From the IMG/VR virus record IMGVR_UViG_3300028888_000051, positions 163,384 through 227,383 of that record: 64,000 nucleotides of DNA, one strand, 5' to 3'. The position numbers and the translations under genes were made by a program. Positions within the stretch are counted from its first letter, which is position 1. Each line of letters starts with the position of its first letter. Origin of the DNA: a virus (taxonomy: Duplodnaviria; Heunggongvirae; Uroviricota; Caudoviricetes). The notes beneath the pieces were generated by a model that was given only the letters and a program-made list of their open reading frames with translations, had not been told where the DNA came from and searched no databases. Shown one piece after another: positions 45,326 to 55,114 of this stretch.

Positions 45326-45551
45326 ACCAACAACCTGTTTCTTCAGCTAATTCTAAAAATCTTTTTGTTATTTTTAAAGCTTTTTTCACTTCTAATACAT
45401 CATATTCATTAGCTAGAATTTCCTCAGGATGTAAGGATTCTTCTGTTTGATATATCATTTGCTCAACACTACAAACTTTAAATGGAATAATTTGGCCAAG
45501 CTCTTCATTATATCCAATATTTTCTTTTAACTTATATTCATCTTCTAACAT
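45315..45551 (-). CDS. small acidic protein (78 aa)
   Basis: Glu-rich; 1-nt overlap with the upstream ORF. Confidence 0.45.
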   Translation of the reverse strand: MLEDEYKLKENIGYNEELGQIIPFKVCSVEQMIYQTEESLHPEEILANEYDVLEVKKALKITKRFLELAEETGCWFED

Positions 45552-45832
45552 TATTTCACCTCACAAGAAATCGGTTTGCCATTAAAATCCAAATTATTCG
45601 CTAATCTTGAAGCCCCTTCTATATATTCTTTTCCATCAATACAAACTATTTTATATTGATACATAGAATTTGTTTTAAGATATTCTATTTTTTCTTGACA
45701 TTTAGAATCATTTGTATGAGCACATGGATTATCACAACCTGTTATCAATAAACATATAAATAATATTCCGATAAAAATATTATCGAACCATCCATATTTT
45801 AGTCTTTTTCTTAAATATTCTTCATTGAACAT
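45551..45832 (-). CDS. putative lipoprotein (93 aa)
   Basis: Hydrophobic segment ending in lipobox LITGC. Confidence 0.5.
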   Translation of the reverse strand: MFNEEYLRKRLKYGWFDNIFIGILFICLLITGCDNPCAHTNDSKCQEKIEYLKTNSMYQYKIVCIDGKEYIEGASRLANNLDFNGKPISCEVK

Positions 45833-46049
45833 TTTCTAATTCCTTTTCAATAAATTCGTCACAAGCTCTTTTCATATGAAACTGACTTCTTTTATTAGTT
45901 GGTAAATATACAATTTCATCGTCTTTTATAACAAACATTATTGTTTTATTTATACCTATATCTAATTTATGCTTAGGAATAGTATAGTATATCTTATAAC
46001 CTTCTTTTTCACTTAATAGATCAAATATTAGCTTTTGTTGAAGATTCAT
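45822..46049 (-). CDS. hypothetical protein (75 aa)
   Basis: Member of the small-ORF chain; abuts the upstream ORF. Confidence 0.45.
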   Translation of the reverse strand: MNLQQKLIFDLLSEKEGYKIYYTIPKHKLDIGINKTIMFVIKDDEIVYLPTNKRSQFHMKRACDEFIEKELENVQ

Positions 46050-46262
46050 TTATTCATCCCTATATCTTAAACGGTTATAATCAATCCATTTACTGTTTTC
46101 TTGTTTAACCATACAGCCTTGAATCGGTCCATATGACCATTCCATTTCTTGCATAATAGCTTTAGATTTACATTTATAGGCATTAAACCCTACGGTAAAA
46201 GCAGAAAATATTATTAAACATATTATTGTAACAATTACTACTATCCATTCATCTTTATCCAT
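46050..46262 (-). CDS. small membrane protein (70 aa)
   Basis: One N-terminal transmembrane segment WIVVIVTIICLIIFSAFTVGF. Confidence 0.5.
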   Translation of the reverse strand: MDKDEWIVVIVTIICLIIFSAFTVGFNAYKCKSKAIMQEMEWSYGPIQGCMVKQENSKWIDYNRLRYRDE

Positions 46263-46272
46263 TTTATTTCTC

Positions 46273-46800
46273 CTAAGTTATATTTAAGTGATCTATAAAT
46301 GGCCAATCTTCATTATCGTATGTGATAACAAATGGCCAATTTAAAAGCATACCAATACGTTTTATTGGAAATTCTTTTTGTAATTCATCAAAAATTAATT
46401 GATTCTTTTTGTGTACTTTATTTAAATAATACCACCATTCTTGTGGCAACCACATTCTAGCATTAGGCATTGTAACTCTTGTATCATCTTCAAACAAATA
46501 ATGATCTCTATCAAAATACAAACCCATTTTATCATAGGATGTATGTCCTTTAGTATCTGTATAAGGTAAATGTATACAAAGTTCTGGTCTAATATTAGAA
46601 TATTCTTTTATAATAACAATATGACCTTTTACTTTTAAATTATCTAAAAATCTTTTTATTTGTTCGATTAAAAGATGACAAGCTATTTTACGAGCATCTA
46701 TAATATGATGTTCTTCCCAGTCCCAATCTTTTTGTTTACCAGCATATTTTAAAGCATTTTCATATATTTCTTTTGCTGCTATTTCATTATATTGACTCAT
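46273..46800 (-). CDS. hypothetical protein (175 aa)
   Basis: Member of the minus-strand chain. Confidence 0.5.
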   Translation of the reverse strand: MSQYNEIAAKEIYENALKYAGKQKDWDWEEHHIIDARKIACHLLIEQIKRFLDNLKVKGHIVIIKEYSNIRPELCIHLPYTDTKGHTSYDKMGLYFDRDHYLFEDDTRVTMPNARMWLPQEWWYYLNKVHKKNQLIFDELQKEFPIKRIGMLLNWPFVITYDNEDWPFIDHLNIT

Positions 46801-46803
46801 ATC

Positions 46804-47268
46804 TTAAAATCCTCTTTCATTAAAATATGTTATCAGCTTTTCCCACACTTCATCAGATTCCGTATTGTCATCATTTAAATCAAATGTTATTTTTCTTATT
46901 TCCTCTATATCCAAAGCGTTTATATCACAAGGATTATATGAACAAATACCATAATTGATTTCTTCTTTTCTTGTATATGCTTGTCTTATTGGTTTAAATT
47001 CTTCATAAGTAAGAAATTTTAATTTAAATCCATTTCTATCTACAAAACAATCCTTTTCAGCACTCCACTCAGCTTTCTTTGTTTCATACCTTGTAAACCA
47101 ACTTTCACTTCTAAATCCATTCCATTTATGAGAAAAATCAAATGTTTCATAATATTCATGATCTATTAATAGACTTTTAGGCATAACTGGAATTACAAAA
47201 CATTCTTCTTTAGTAATATGATTTTTCTTTTTATATTCAATATATTTGTTTTTTAACCATTTAAACAT
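46804..47268 (-). CDS. hypothetical protein (154 aa)
   Basis: Member of the minus-strand chain; 1-nt overlap with the upstream ORF. Confidence 0.5.
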   Translation of the reverse strand: MFKWLKNKYIEYKKKNHITKEECFVIPVMPKSLLIDHEYYETFDFSHKWNGFRSESWFTRYETKKAEWSAEKDCFVDRNGFKLKFLTYEEFKPIRQAYTRKEEINYGICSYNPCDINALDIEEIRKITFDLNDDNTESDEVWEKLITYFNERGF

Positions 47269-47684
47269 TATTCTTTATCCTTGTTTTCTTTAATGTTCAT
47301 GTCTTTTTCGGTTAAAATGATCATTTTTCCATTTTCTGGACTAATTTGCAATACAGCTTGTCTGATGATACAATCGTTACCTAAACTTTGCGGAATATTA
47401 TACCACCAGTCAATAACGCTTTGACAATCTTCTTCATCAAAATCTCTCAAATCACCAAATAAAGCAATAGTTCGCATATAATCAGAAGCGTCATCATCAG
47501 CTCTATCTATGAACTCTATATCAATACTTCCTTCTGATCCTGTTGGTAAATTACCATTATCATTTGGATGATACCAAGTATTTCTCACAAAGATTTTAGA
47601 GAAATCAGTTTTGCTGTTTGGTTGTAAAATCATTTTCATATCGTCTACTCTGATACAGCCTGTAATATGTGTCCAAATGCTCAT
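47268..47684 (-). CDS. hypothetical protein (138 aa)
   Basis: Member of the minus-strand chain; 1-nt overlap with the upstream ORF. Confidence 0.5.
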   Translation of the reverse strand: MSIWTHITGCIRVDDMKMILQPNSKTDFSKIFVRNTWYHPNDNGNLPTGSEGSIDIEFIDRADDDASDYMRTIALFGDLRDFDEEDCQSVIDWWYNIPQSLGNDCIIRQAVLQISPENGKMIILTEKDMNIKENKDKE

Positions 47685-48028
47685 TATTTTGTTTCCTTAT
47701 ATCCTTCAAAATTCCAAAAATCTATCATATTTTCACCATGTAAATATTCAATAGCAAATTTAGGAAAGTGACACCAAGTATTGTCATCAAGCATAATGGC
47801 TATGTCATTCTCATCACTTCTTTTTCTTGCAAACAATTTTGAAGATTCACACCAACCAATTATTTTGCTCTTTATAAATTCCTTGTTTTCGTACATATCA
47901 TAAAAATTTGTACAAAATTCACGATTCCAATTTTCAAAAAGAAATTTATTACTTGATAATTTCGGAATACTATTACTCATACTTTTACTTTCAAATGTGA
48001 TAAAATATACATAACATGTATAATTCAA
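47684..48028 (-). CDS. hypothetical protein (114 aa), first gene of the minus-strand chain
   Basis: Faces the 350-bp divergent intergenic region 48029..48380. Confidence 0.5.
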   Translation of the reverse strand: MNYTCYVYFITFESKSMSNSIPKLSSNKFLFENWNREFCTNFYDMYENKEFIKSKIIGWCESSKLFARKRSDENDIAIMLDDNTWCHFPKFAIEYLHGENMIDFWNFEGYKETK

Positions 48029-48302
48029 ACATACTTTCTATAAGTCCAGCCATACATAAAGCTCCTGAATCTTTTATGATTTCTTTAAATCCAAAAGATT
48101 TTAGCCATAAATTTACCATTAAAACTAAAAATCCAATCATTAAAAACCTTACAAATGTGAATAATTTACTTTTAAATACAAAATATAATAAACATTTTGA
48201 ATTGTAAAACCATATTTTAATAAAAGTTTTATTTATGATATGAATATATTAAGAGGTCAAAAATAATACTTAAAATTTTTTAAAATATTATTATAATTAA
48301 CT

Positions 48303-48312
48303 GGTTCTAATT
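48303..48312 (+). promoter_or_regulatory. GGTTCTAATT box upstream of 48381..48791
   Basis: GTTCTA box about 70 nt upstream of the ATG. Confidence 0.3.
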
Positions 48313-48380
48313 AATAGTTATCAAGTTCCACTAATTTAATATTTCTATTTTATTTAACATTTAACTATTAAGATATAAAA

Positions 48381-48791
48381 ATGGATATAACAAATAAACC
48401 AAAATTAGATCCAGAGATAAAAGTAGAATTATTAATAAAATTAGCTTTTGGTATATCAATGGATGAATTAGCAAAAGAATATGATTTAACTCGTGCTAAA
48501 ATAATAAATTTACGTAAAAACAATTATTTAATGTATAATGATTTTTTAGAGCATTGGAAAATTGATAAAGAGGTAGCAGTATTAGGTCTAGTGCCAAAAT
48601 ATGAAAGAGCTTTATCTATTGTCAAAAAATTTTATAAAAATAAAATAAAAATAATATCTATTAATGATATTCTATATAATAATAAACCTTGTACTATGAA
48701 TAATATTATAGATATGGCTGATGAAATTCTTAAAAAAGATGATATTAATAATTTTAAATCAATGTCTATAAATTTAAAAAACAATTATTAA
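48381..48791 (+). CDS. putative helix-turn-helix DNA-binding protein (136 aa)
   Basis: N-terminal LIKLAFGISMDELAKEYDLTRAKIINLRKN resembles an HTH (sigma region 4 / small-terminase-like). Confidence 0.45.
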   Translation: MDITNKPKLDPEIKVELLIKLAFGISMDELAKEYDLTRAKIINLRKNNYLMYNDFLEHWKIDKEVAVLGLVPKYERALSIVKKFYKNKIKIISINDILYNNKPCTMNNIIDMADEILKKDDINNFKSMSINLKNNY

Positions 48792-48815
48792 AAATTAAAA
48801 AAGGAGAAAACTATA

Positions 48816-49232
48816 ATGTCTATTTCAGTAAAAAATGTAGACTTAACAGAAACAGAATATAATTCAGAATTAGACTGGGCAGCAGATAAAGGATATTGGA
48901 TGAATATGCTTGGTGGTATTCGTTATGATTATATTAGACACAAATATATCATGGCACCAATTAAATATTCTGATGTATCTCTTGAAGGAGAATCTATTAA
49001 ATTTGCTTCTGGACAGGAATTTCAAGTAATTTATGCATGTTTAGCAGCTGAATATAAAAATAAAAAAGAAGTAAGAGATGCTTGGTGGGAAAGGGCTCAA
49101 AAAGTTGTTGAAGATTTTAAAGAACAACAAAAAATTCAATCACATATTGATTCAACTAATACTGATTTGAAAAAATTACGTAAAGAAGGGGCTCTTTTAG
49201 ATAAAGAAGATATAACTGACGGAATGGAATAA
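48816..49232 (+). CDS. hypothetical protein (138 aa)
   Basis: AAGGAGAA RBS; tightly packed operon. Confidence 0.5.
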   Translation: MSISVKNVDLTETEYNSELDWAADKGYWMNMLGGIRYDYIRHKYIMAPIKYSDVSLEGESIKFASGQEFQVIYACLAAEYKNKKEVRDAWWERAQKVVEDFKEQQKIQSHIDSTNTDLKKLRKEGALLDKEDITDGME

Positions 49233-49234
49233 TA

Positions 49235-49522
49235 ATGGTGGCAACAGCAGGTAAAGTAAAATCGATATCAGAAGATACAGGTTTATCAGAAGCCAATGTT
49301 GCTGCTGTATTATATTTATATCTTACATATTGTCTTCAGGAAGCTTTGATTGATGGACAAACAAGAACATTATTTGGTACACTTAAAATTAATCAAAATA
49401 ATCGTTTTGAATTAGAAACCGATAAGCAAGGTCTTATTGATTTAATAGATAAACGAGATATCAAATTAATTTATAAAATAGCTGAAAATGGACCAGATGC
49501 TTCAATATTTGGAAATTTATAA
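49235..49522 (+). CDS. hypothetical protein (95 aa), possibly HU/IHF-like
   Basis: ISEDTGLSEANVAAVL...EALIDGQTRTLFGTLKI follows the HU N-terminal helix-helix-strand pattern, but the Arg/Pro beta-arm is not evident. Confidence 0.3.
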   Translation: MVATAGKVKSISEDTGLSEANVAAVLYLYLTYCLQEALIDGQTRTLFGTLKINQNNRFELETDKQGLIDLIDKRDIKLIYKIAENGPDASIFGNL

Positions 49523-49761
49523 TGCCAAAAGTATATTCAAATAAGCATATTGAAGAAGATATTAAAAATTTAATTGAAGAAACATTTAATACTTGCTTAT
49601 CTAATAGAGAAGAAATATACTGGTTAATTACTTTATTGCGTGGATTTATGAAAGTACCAAACAAAAATACAAAATTAACTCCAGATAATATGCAATTAAA
49701 TAAATGGCAATATGAAATGACTCCAATTATTGAGAGTTTCATGAAAAAGTGGAAGTTGTAA
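49522..49761 (+). CDS. hypothetical protein (79 aa)
   Basis: ATGA-type overlap with the upstream ORF. Confidence 0.45.
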   Translation: MPKVYSNKHIEEDIKNLIEETFNTCLSNREEIYWLITLLRGFMKVPNKNTKLTPDNMQLNKWQYEMTPIIESFMKKWKL

Positions 49762-50253
49762 ATGGCTGAGCATAAAAAAAGAGGCACATATGAATTAACA
49801 TCTGAAGAATTAGCATCATCTGAAATGGTATTTATTGCCTGTACTTTATTAGAAAGTCGTGGTTATCCAGGATTTATGGAAATGCTAAATGTTTTGGACA
49901 ATCCTTCACTTGTAATAAAATTAATTCGTCTTTTTTATGGTATGACTATAAAATTTCCATCGATACAAGAATTTCAAGATTGTCTAAAAGCTTCAGAATA
50001 TATATTTACAGATTTTCATAAAAAAGTAAATGACATGCTTGTTGTAAAACCACTAGATATACGTAATCATATGCATATAACAGAGGAAGAAGAAGATAAA
50101 TTACTAAAATTATTTGATGAATGGGTACTTTATATGCATAAAGCTGGTTATCCAATTGAAAAATTGATGCATATTAATAGAAATATAACAAAAAAACGTA
50201 TTGAATCAGTTGTAACAGGTAAAAGAGCAAAAAAGAGTAAAAAGATTAGCTAG
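49762..50253 (+). CDS. hypothetical protein (163 aa)
   Basis: Abuts the upstream ORF; basic C-terminus. Confidence 0.5.
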   Translation: MAEHKKRGTYELTSEELASSEMVFIACTLLESRGYPGFMEMLNVLDNPSLVIKLIRLFYGMTIKFPSIQEFQDCLKASEYIFTDFHKKVNDMLVVKPLDIRNHMHITEEEEDKLLKLFDEWVLYMHKAGYPIEKLMHINRNITKKRIESVVTGKRAKKSKKIS

Positions 50254-50264
50254 TTCTATAATAT
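50251..50264 (+). promoter_or_regulatory. TAGTTCTATAATAT box overlapping the stop codon of 49762..50253
   Basis: About 30 nt upstream of ATG 50290. Confidence 0.4.
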
Positions 50265-50289
50265 AGTTTAAAATTTAAGGATATATACA

Positions 50290-50967
50290 ATGGATTTTAA
50301 AGATACTCCTAAGATTTGGGTTGAAGATACAAATGAAAATGAAATATATGATAATACAACTCAACTTATGCCAATAGAAGAGACTATTCCTTTGCCCACT
50401 ATTCAAGAACAGCATGATATGTTAGCAGAAAGTACATTATCTGAAGAAGATAAGGGAATTTTAGGTGGTATAATTGAGGTTAATAAAGTTTGTCAATTGT
50501 TAGACCAAATTAAAATGGCTGAAACCGCTGATAAACGTCAAGCAGTATTAAATGTATATGCTGAAAATTTTATAATGTCTCATTTACGTAATAATATAAG
50601 AGCAGAAACACTTAAAGATAAATTATTACAAAGATTAGCAGATCATATTGATGATTTAGATTTAGAATTAACTTCTAGAATTTTCTTAGATCTACAACAA
50701 ACTATGGCTCCAGATGTTGCAATTATGAATGCTCGTTCACAAGGAGACAGTGGTATGAATGCTGCAATGGGTAATGGACCGAGTATTAATTTAACAGTTA
50801 ATAATGCAACTACTGAAGGTGCTAGTATAACTAATAATACATTAGCTGTAAATAATAATCCACAACAATTAAAAGACGTTACATCATTAAATTATGCTAT
50901 GAAAAATATGCAAAAAATTCAAATGCCTAGACAAAAATCTGAGCTTATAATAAATCAAAATGAATAA
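50290..50967 (+). CDS. hypothetical protein (225 aa)
   Basis: AAGGA RBS; acidic N-terminus, Asn-rich C-terminus. Confidence 0.5.
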   Translation: MDFKDTPKIWVEDTNENEIYDNTTQLMPIEETIPLPTIQEQHDMLAESTLSEEDKGILGGIIEVNKVCQLLDQIKMAETADKRQAVLNVYAENFIMSHLRNNIRAETLKDKLLQRLADHIDDLDLELTSRIFLDLQQTMAPDVAIMNARSQGDSGMNAAMGNGPSINLTVNNATTEGASITNNTLAVNNNPQQLKDVTSLNYAMKNMQKIQMPRQKSELIINQNE

Positions 50968-50991
50968 ATTTGTTAACGAAAGGAAAATATT

Positions 50992-51210
50992 ATGTATGAA
51001 AAATTAATAGATCTTAAAGATAATTTTTTATTTTGTATTGCAACTACATTTGTTGGAATTTTAATTATGATAATAGCTAGTGTTATTATAATTATAACAC
51101 TTCCAATGTATTATTTATTTTGGATAAATCCAGTATTTGAAATTTATCAAAATTTAATTTGGAAAATATATGATATATTATTTCAAATTGGATCAGATGA
51201 TGAAATTTAA
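50992..51210 (+). CDS. small membrane protein (72 aa, two hydrophobic segments); holin-like topology
   Basis: FLFCIATTFVGILIMIIASVIIIITLPMYYLFWINPVF; AAAGGAAA RBS. Confidence 0.45.
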   Translation: MYEKLIDLKDNFLFCIATTFVGILIMIIASVIIIITLPMYYLFWINPVFEIYQNLIWKIYDILFQIGSDDEI

Positions 51211-54200
51211 ATTAAGTCTTGCAATTCTTCAGAAGATTGATCTATAAAATTTGAATAATCATTTACTTTTTCTTTTATTTGATTAGAAGAAATATATTCA
51301 TATTGCGGAAAATCTGAATAATTAAGCTGTGCATTATATATAAAACCAACAATTACATCAGCTAAATCTTTTAATTCAGTAGTTCGAGTTACTTTTCCTC
51401 TATCAAAAACAAGAGCCGATAATTCTTTTCTGAGTTTTGGACATATTCCTACTTTTACCTGTCCTAATTCCATTAAAGTAGATGCATTAACATAAGGTTC
51501 AAGTTTTATATCGACTGAAACTTTATTTACTACTTCGAAACATCCCGATTTAGCTAAATTTTGTTGAAAAATTTCTCCATTCCATTGATCGCTTGATACT
51601 GTATGAATTAGCATATTACGTTCAATTACTAAATTTATTAAAAAAGTTTCTATTGCATGTATATCTATTTTATTTCTTGCATTCACAGCTATAAGTAAAT
51701 CAACTACATATATTGTTTCATTTTCTTTTTTATTTTCATTATAACGCCATTCTTTATGACCAATACATATACCAGCATCACATTGTCCAGAATCACCACC
51801 TCCTGCTAAATCTACATGACAATAACGTTTTGCAAAAGGAGCTCTTTTAAATATCCATCTACCATCTGTTAATTGTTCCCATAAATTATATTCATCTAGT
51901 AAAGCTAATATATCATTATTATCACTTATATCAGCTTTAATATTAAATTCTGGAGGCAATTCAGCATCTTCAATTTTTGATATATCTTTAAAGACTGTAC
52001 TGTTATCTACAGTTGTCATTCCTGCAATATCTTGAATAGACTGATCTAATTGTAATTCAAATTTTTCTTTATATACAGTTGGAACATTTATTACTTCACA
52101 TCCAATGGGTGGTATATAATTTCCATCTTCTAAAGCTTTCAATTCACCAGGATCGGTAAATATTTTAGAAGGAATTGAGCCATTACCAACAAGAACAGGA
52201 AATGTAGAGCCATCACCTAAAAACTCAGGATCTTCTTTAACTTCCCAAAGCCGAGGCATAAGAATAAGAATAGATGGATCATTTTTTGGCAATCGACGTA
52301 TGTATTCACCAATAGGACTATTTGTTGTACGAGCTGATGATACAACTGACTGAAATACTAAAGGACTTCCTTGAAAACGTGAACTAAAACGATTATCAAC
52401 TGAATTAAGAAGTGCCAAAGCTTCATCTACACCTTTTTCATTGATCTCATCCATAAAGCTATTTACTATATTCAAACCTATAGTATGAGTTATACCTGAA
52501 CCAGATGTAATAATAATATTGTCTGGAAAATATATCGTGCCTGTCGATTTTTCCACATTAAATGGTATTGGACAATGTGGATCCGATAAATCAAAATTTT
52601 CAAAAGATTGCATTCGCATAACTCTTTGAAAACACGGCATTGTTTCCATAAGTTTAACAAATGGTAATAAATTTGTTTCATAAACTTGTTTTAAAGTCAT
52701 AGAAATAATAACATTTGCTATTGTTGCATCACTATCTATATTAAATACTGCTCTAGGATAACGTAAACATAATATACGATATAAAACATATAAAAAAGCT
52801 TTACGAGCAATTGTTGACTTACCACAATTATGTGCAATTATACCAGCCTTTAAAGCAAAATTATGATTTTTTTCTGTAGTTATATCATAAACTTGTTGTT
52901 TACCTATATATTCTATAGAAATTATTTTATGATTGTATATTTTTTTACGCTTGTAATTTTCTTTAGCCCCTAAAGTAGGATCATACCAAGGCTCTCTTGT
53001 ATGAATAAATGCTAATAATTCAATGTATTTTTGATTTTCTTTTCCATGGAATCTTGCAATAGTAGCTAATACTTGTTTAGCCAATATAATTGCTTTTTCT
53101 TCAGGACTTTTGTTGGCTTTTAAATTACGCATATTTTCAGCCATTTTTTTAGAAATATTTCTAGCCTTTTCTGTTTTATTTCTTTCTATTAAAGTTTTAC
53201 TTGCTCTTTGTCTATATTCTTCACTATGTGGACCATTCCAACCGGCAAGCGAAGCTTTTCTTTGGTGTTCTGAATCTTGATGTAGTTTATTCCATCCAAT
53301 TTTTCTTTTTGCTTCTATCTCTTCATAATCTAAGCGAGCTTTATAGGTAATATGACTTTTTATTCCTTTTTGTCTTCTGTATTCTTTAAATTCATCACCT
53401 CTAATTGAAGCATTATATTCTTTCCATCTTCTACCTCCAACTTTAGCGTGATATTCCCAATGATATTTGTGAGGTATAATAGCTAAATTTTGAGGTCTAT
53501 CATCTAATTTATTAAAATTTTTATGGTGAACAACTTGTCCAGTTTTATATAAAGTTTTCCATTTACCTACTATTTGATATCTTTTTTCCCATTTTTCAGT
53601 AGTATTATTTTTTATTTGAATATATCCTTTATCACTAATTTTTGAATAATAAGGCATCATAGATTCACCAGATTTTAATCCAGTATCTATACTTTTCCAT
53701 TTATTTTTTCTTGTTAAAAATCTATGATCTGATGTACATTTAATTATTTCACCATTGTCTAAAGTTATTTTATACACATCTTTTATACCACTACAAAATA
53801 CATTAATTATCTTATCTGGTTCCCAAGTTTTATTAAATGTATTAAATGATAATACCCATTCATTATTATAATTATTAAGTAATTCATAAATTGTTTTATT
53901 ACCATTTAAAGTAGCTACTATCGTATCACCGGTTAAGCAACCAATACTTCCACCAAATATAGTTTTTCTTACTGGTGAGCCTTCCCTAAACATATATTCA
54001 AGTTGTTGTCGCCAATAAGGATATAATGTAGCATTACTATTATACATATAAAATTTACCAGATAAAAATTCTTCAATATTAGGCATAGGTCGTCTATATA
54101 AAAGATTATCAATTTGATCTGTTAAATCAGAATCCTGATTTGTTAATGTCAAATATAAAGCAATACGTTTTTGTATTTCTTGTTGCTTTTTAAATTCATC

Positions 54201-54344
54201 TGGCATATAATGCTCTTCATAATATGCTAAAATGTCTATAAAATCTTGTGACATAATAACATTTTGAAGTTCATTTGCATTATTAAATGAAACTATTGGA
54301 AGATTTTCTAATTTTTTTGCAATATCAGTAGGAAGTTGTTCCAT
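51207..54344 (-). CDS. terL: terminase large subunit, interrupted by an intein in the Walker A motif
   Basis: The exteins join to FGGSIG|CGKST (P-loop). Walker B-like SFMDEINE. Nuclease-domain pattern CHVDLAGGGD...DAGICIGH. Confidence 0.85.
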   Translation of the reverse strand: MEQLPTDIAKKLENLPIVSFNNANELQNVIMSQDFIDILAYYEEHYMPDEFKKQQEIQKRIALYLTLTNQDSDLTDQIDNLLYRRPMPNIEEFLSGKFYMYNSNATLYPYWRQQLEYMFREGSPVRKTIFGGSIGCLTGDTIVATLNGNKTIYELLNNYNNEWVLSFNTFNKTWEPDKIINVFCSGIKDVYKITLDNGEIIKCTSDHRFLTRKNKWKSIDTGLKSGESMMPYYSKISDKGYIQIKNNTTEKWEKRYQIVGKWKTLYKTGQVVHHKNFNKLDDRPQNLAIIPHKYHWEYHAKVGGRRWKEYNASIRGDEFKEYRRQKGIKSHITYKARLDYEEIEAKRKIGWNKLHQDSEHQRKASLAGWNGPHSEEYRQRASKTLIERNKTEKARNISKKMAENMRNLKANKSPEEKAIILAKQVLATIARFHGKENQKYIELLAFIHTREPWYDPTLGAKENYKRKKIYNHKIISIEYIGKQQVYDITTEKNHNFALKAGIIAHNCGKSTIARKAFLYVLYRILCLRYPRAVFNIDSDATIANVIISMTLKQVYETNLLPFVKLMETMPCFQRVMRMQSFENFDLSDPHCPIPFNVEKSTGTIYFPDNIIITSGSGITHTIGLNIVNSFMDEINEKGVDEALALLNSVDNRFSSRFQGSPLVFQSVVSSARTTNSPIGEYIRRLPKNDPSILILMPRLWEVKEDPEFLGDGSTFPVLVGNGSIPSKIFTDPGELKALEDGNYIPPIGCEVINVPTVYKEKFELQLDQSIQDIAGMTTVDNSTVFKDISKIEDAELPPEFNIKADISDNNDILALLDEYNLWEQLTDGRWIFKRAPFAKRYCHVDLAGGGDSGQCDAGICIGHKEWRYNENKKENETIYVVDLLIAVNARNKIDIHAIETFLINLVIERNMLIHTVSSDQWNGEIFQQNLAKSGCFEVVNKVSVDIKLEPYVNASTLMELGQVKVGICPKLRKELSALVFDRGKVTRTTELKDLADVIVGFIYNAQLNYSDFPQYEYISSNQIKEKVNDYSNFIDQSSEELQDLI
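52827..53939 (-). mobile_element. class-1 intein (371 aa) with HNH endonuclease domain
   Basis: Starts CLTGDTIV; block B CTSDHRF; HNH core VVHHKNFNKLDDRPQNLAIIPHKYHWEYH; ends VYDITTEKNHNFALKAGIIAHN followed by the +1 Cys. Coordinates derived from residues 136-506 of the track ORF. Confidence 0.8.
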
Positions 54345-54380
54345 TAATGTAATTATCCCTCTAAACTTTTTTAGATATTA

Positions 54381-54390
54381 TATAGAACAT
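54381..54390 (-). promoter_or_regulatory. ATGTTCTATA box (minus strand) upstream of terL
   Basis: About 40 nt from the terL start at 54344. Confidence 0.4.
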
Positions 54391-54410
54391 AATCAAAAGT
54401 AAATATATAA

Positions 54411-54476
54411 AGTTCTATTTAAAATAGAAAAGTATTAACAGAAAAAAGAACTTAAAATAGCATTGTTCTAATTTAT
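54411..54476 (+). promoter_or_regulatory. two GTTCTA boxes (AGTTCTATTTAAAATAG and TTGTTCTAATTTATAAAG) upstream of the tail tube gene
   Basis: At about 54411 and 54464; ATG at 54527. Confidence 0.4.
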
Positions 54477-54526
54477 AAAGAATTAATCCCCTATTAAGAC
54501 ATTATATTTATAAGGAATAATAACAC

Positions 54527-55084
54527 ATGTTAAAGCCATTAAGTGCCGTTAGAAATCTTAAAGACCCATTAAAACAATTTGTATGTAACTTTAGTTTAGC
54601 ATTTCCGGCAAATAGCCCATTAAATCAATATATTGATACAGAAGATCTTATTTTACGTGCAACTAGTTATGGTTTACCAGGTTTTAAAGCTGATGAAACA
54701 GTAGTTACTTGGTCTGGTTTTGAAAGACATTATGGTGGTAAACAAACACGTCAAGGTAGTTGGCAATGTACAATTGTTGAAGTATGGGATGCTCGTATTA
54801 CAGAAATATTTAAACAATGGTTTAATGCATACCATCGTTATAAAGAAGGTACAATCGCATTATTAGAATCATATACAGGTACAGTTAATTTAGCATTAGT
54901 TGATCCTGATGTATATGATCCAAAACCAGATGGAATTGGTAAATATGATTTACGTTTATATGACGTATTTCCTGTATCTTGTGATATGCCAACTATTGAC
55001 GCTTCTAGTTCAGAGACTATTAATATTAATATTAATTTGAATTACAACTACTTCTTAGCAGGCAGTGAAATAGATGGTCAATAA
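54527..55084 (+). CDS. tail tube protein (T4 gp19-like)
   Basis: Pattern F.CNFSL..P......L.LRA.S..LPG......V.W.G......G...R.G.W..T..E.WD..I...F..W.N resembles the gp19 family (from memory); size 185 aa. Confidence 0.5.
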   Translation: MLKPLSAVRNLKDPLKQFVCNFSLAFPANSPLNQYIDTEDLILRATSYGLPGFKADETVVTWSGFERHYGGKQTRQGSWQCTIVEVWDARITEIFKQWFNAYHRYKEGTIALLESYTGTVNLALVDPDVYDPKPDGIGKYDLRLYDVFPVSCDMPTIDASSSETINININLNYNYFLAGSEIDGQ

Positions 55085-55114
55085 TTAGACTTTTACATTT
55101 TGTTATTCTTTTTG

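Noticed and set aside
48029-48380. Additional genes or a small-RNA gene in the 350-bp divergent region between the two early-type operons
   Set aside because: The region contains only a shadow-like ORF (48016..48207) with no RBS, and I could not identify a stable structure by eye. It is most simply a divergent promoter region.
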